This document shows, one piece after another, positions 35,700 through 36,901 of a stretch of DNA of 36,901 nt (its first letter is position 1; every line of letters begins with the position of its first letter). The DNA comes from Octopus bimaculoides. Lineage: Eukaryota. Both the position numbers and the translations under genes were made by a program. The notes beneath the pieces were generated by a model. That model searched no databases, was not told the origin of the DNA, and worked only from the letters and a program-made list of their open reading frames with translations. The DNA is taken from positions 46,846,188 through 46,883,088 of the forward strand of contig NC_068990.1 in assembly GCF_001194135.2 (NCBI RefSeq). The letters run 5' to 3'.

Positions 35700-36901
35700 T
35701 GGTTGTCTACTTCTTATGCAGAGTTTAACCACTTCCTGTACCTACACCTTAGAACCATCATGGCATCTGCTGTGGCTTTTTAAACCAGGCAATATTCTGA
35801 AAAGACACTCACATAGATTGCATATCCGATTTGGACCACCAAGAGCTGCAGATAAGTTCTGATCTTTGTGGATCCTAAAATGTATTTTAAGGCCTCCGTT
35901 GGATTTGCAAATCTTCTGGCATACATTGCATTCAAAGGTGTGCGCAGACATATAGTCAGAACAGTTGGTGGACGTTCGTTTTCCATGGGTTCGCAAATGA
36001 GATTTGAGCCCAGCAAAAGAAGGGCATGGTCTGTTACAAACTGTGCACACAAAAAGGTCATTGTGATTCACCTCGATCATAACATTCTTCCTTAAATCTC
36101 TTTTGAGTCTTGCATGCGTTATTCTGGCCTCTTCAAACGCTTTCACTCCACTCCACTCTTTTGTTCACCGTCCTGCTCGATCCGAAGCAAGGGTTTCTAT
36201 GTCCTCTGGATCCATTCCAAATGACTTCATAGTAGTCCTTATGCCGTCCTTAAACCGTTTTTTAGGCTTACACCGATAGCATTTCCCCTCTGCAAGCTCA
36301 CCATAAAACAGCTGTTTGGGCATACGTTCATCCGCCATTCGAACAATACGGCCACACCATCTTATTTAGTTTCTCAAAATCATAACTTTAAGTTTAATTG
36401 ATGCTTGCAGATGCAAGAACATCTGTGTTTGGAGTAAAAGAACCCCATTTAATTTTTAAATGTGATTAAGGCATTTTTGGTGGAATTGTTCTAACAATTT
36501 TAAATGCCTTTCATAACATGTCCATGTTTCACAAGAATACAACAGGGATGGTAAAACAAATGATTTATAAAGAGCCAACTTTGTATTGTTATTCATATGG
36601 CGCTGGAGTGAAATCCGTGACTTCAAGCCACTAAATGCTTTTGCTGCCTTTGAATTCGCAGATGTATTTCTGTATCAAGATTTTGTACAAAGCTTCCAAG
36701 GTAGATGAACGAACCAACAACCTCAAGTAAATTACCCTTAACAAAAATTTTAGGGTGGGGTTACAAACAGCACCACACGCAGTTGATGCATTACAACTGT
36801 TTTTTTTTTTTTTTCAAGTTGATGGTCAAGCCAAAATCATCACAAACTGAGTCAAATGCAGATACAAGAGATTGCAGACCTGTTTCAGAATGACTGACAA
36901 G
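35698..36901 (-). mobile_element. RTE-clade (BovB/Expander-like) LINE, RT C-terminal half to 3' end, with three C2H2 zinc fingers; continues beyond the window
   Basis: Minus strand across frameshifts: LVSHSETGLQSLVSAF...FGLTINLKKT..M / VVGSFIYLGS..LDTEIHLRIQKAAKAF..L / TKLALYKSFVLPSLLYSCETWTCYERHLKLLEQFHQKCL / RWCGRIVRMADERMPKQLFYGELAEG...PKKRFKD, then ORF 35742-36146 with three C-x2-C-x12-H-x3-H motifs. Confidence 0.92.

Noticed and set aside
35742-36146. Host C2H2 zinc-finger gene
   Set aside because: It is contiguous with RTE reverse transcriptase and C-terminal motifs and has no TGEKP linkers, so it is treated as part of the LINE.

Overview
AT-rich animal genomic DNA saturated with microsatellites, with ten assembly gaps (4268-4400, 7322-8104, 8703-8728, 9745-10373, 11150-11159, 17578-18048, 18814-18929, 25754-26338, 31267-31956, 33619-33649). 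The SINE repertoire matches my recollection of Octopus repeats, so the species call is an inference. I cannot support any host protein-coding gene. Nearly all ORFs in the track are microsatellite or gap read-throughs, so the window is probably intronic or intergenic. What it does contain is a layered record of mobile elements, mostly missed by the ORF track: a Penelope-like RT fragment with an intact frame (1-327, minus), an internally deleted DD37D (maT) mariner-type transposase (8146-8702), a CR1-group LINE 3' end whose tail is shared with a SINE family (22899-23268), three RTE-type LINE remnants (one ending in three C2H2 zinc fingers, 35698-36901), two restriction-like-endonuclease (R4/Dong-like) retrotransposon fragments that both begin at (CATA)n repeats, at least three SINE families and a further dispersed repeat family, a fold-back MITE-like element, and two candidate minimal type I hammerhead ribozymes. 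The most promising leads are the apparent (ACAT)n-targeting retrotransposon, the hammerhead at 28298-28348 and the triple-zinc-finger RTE. All alignments and translations were done by eye.
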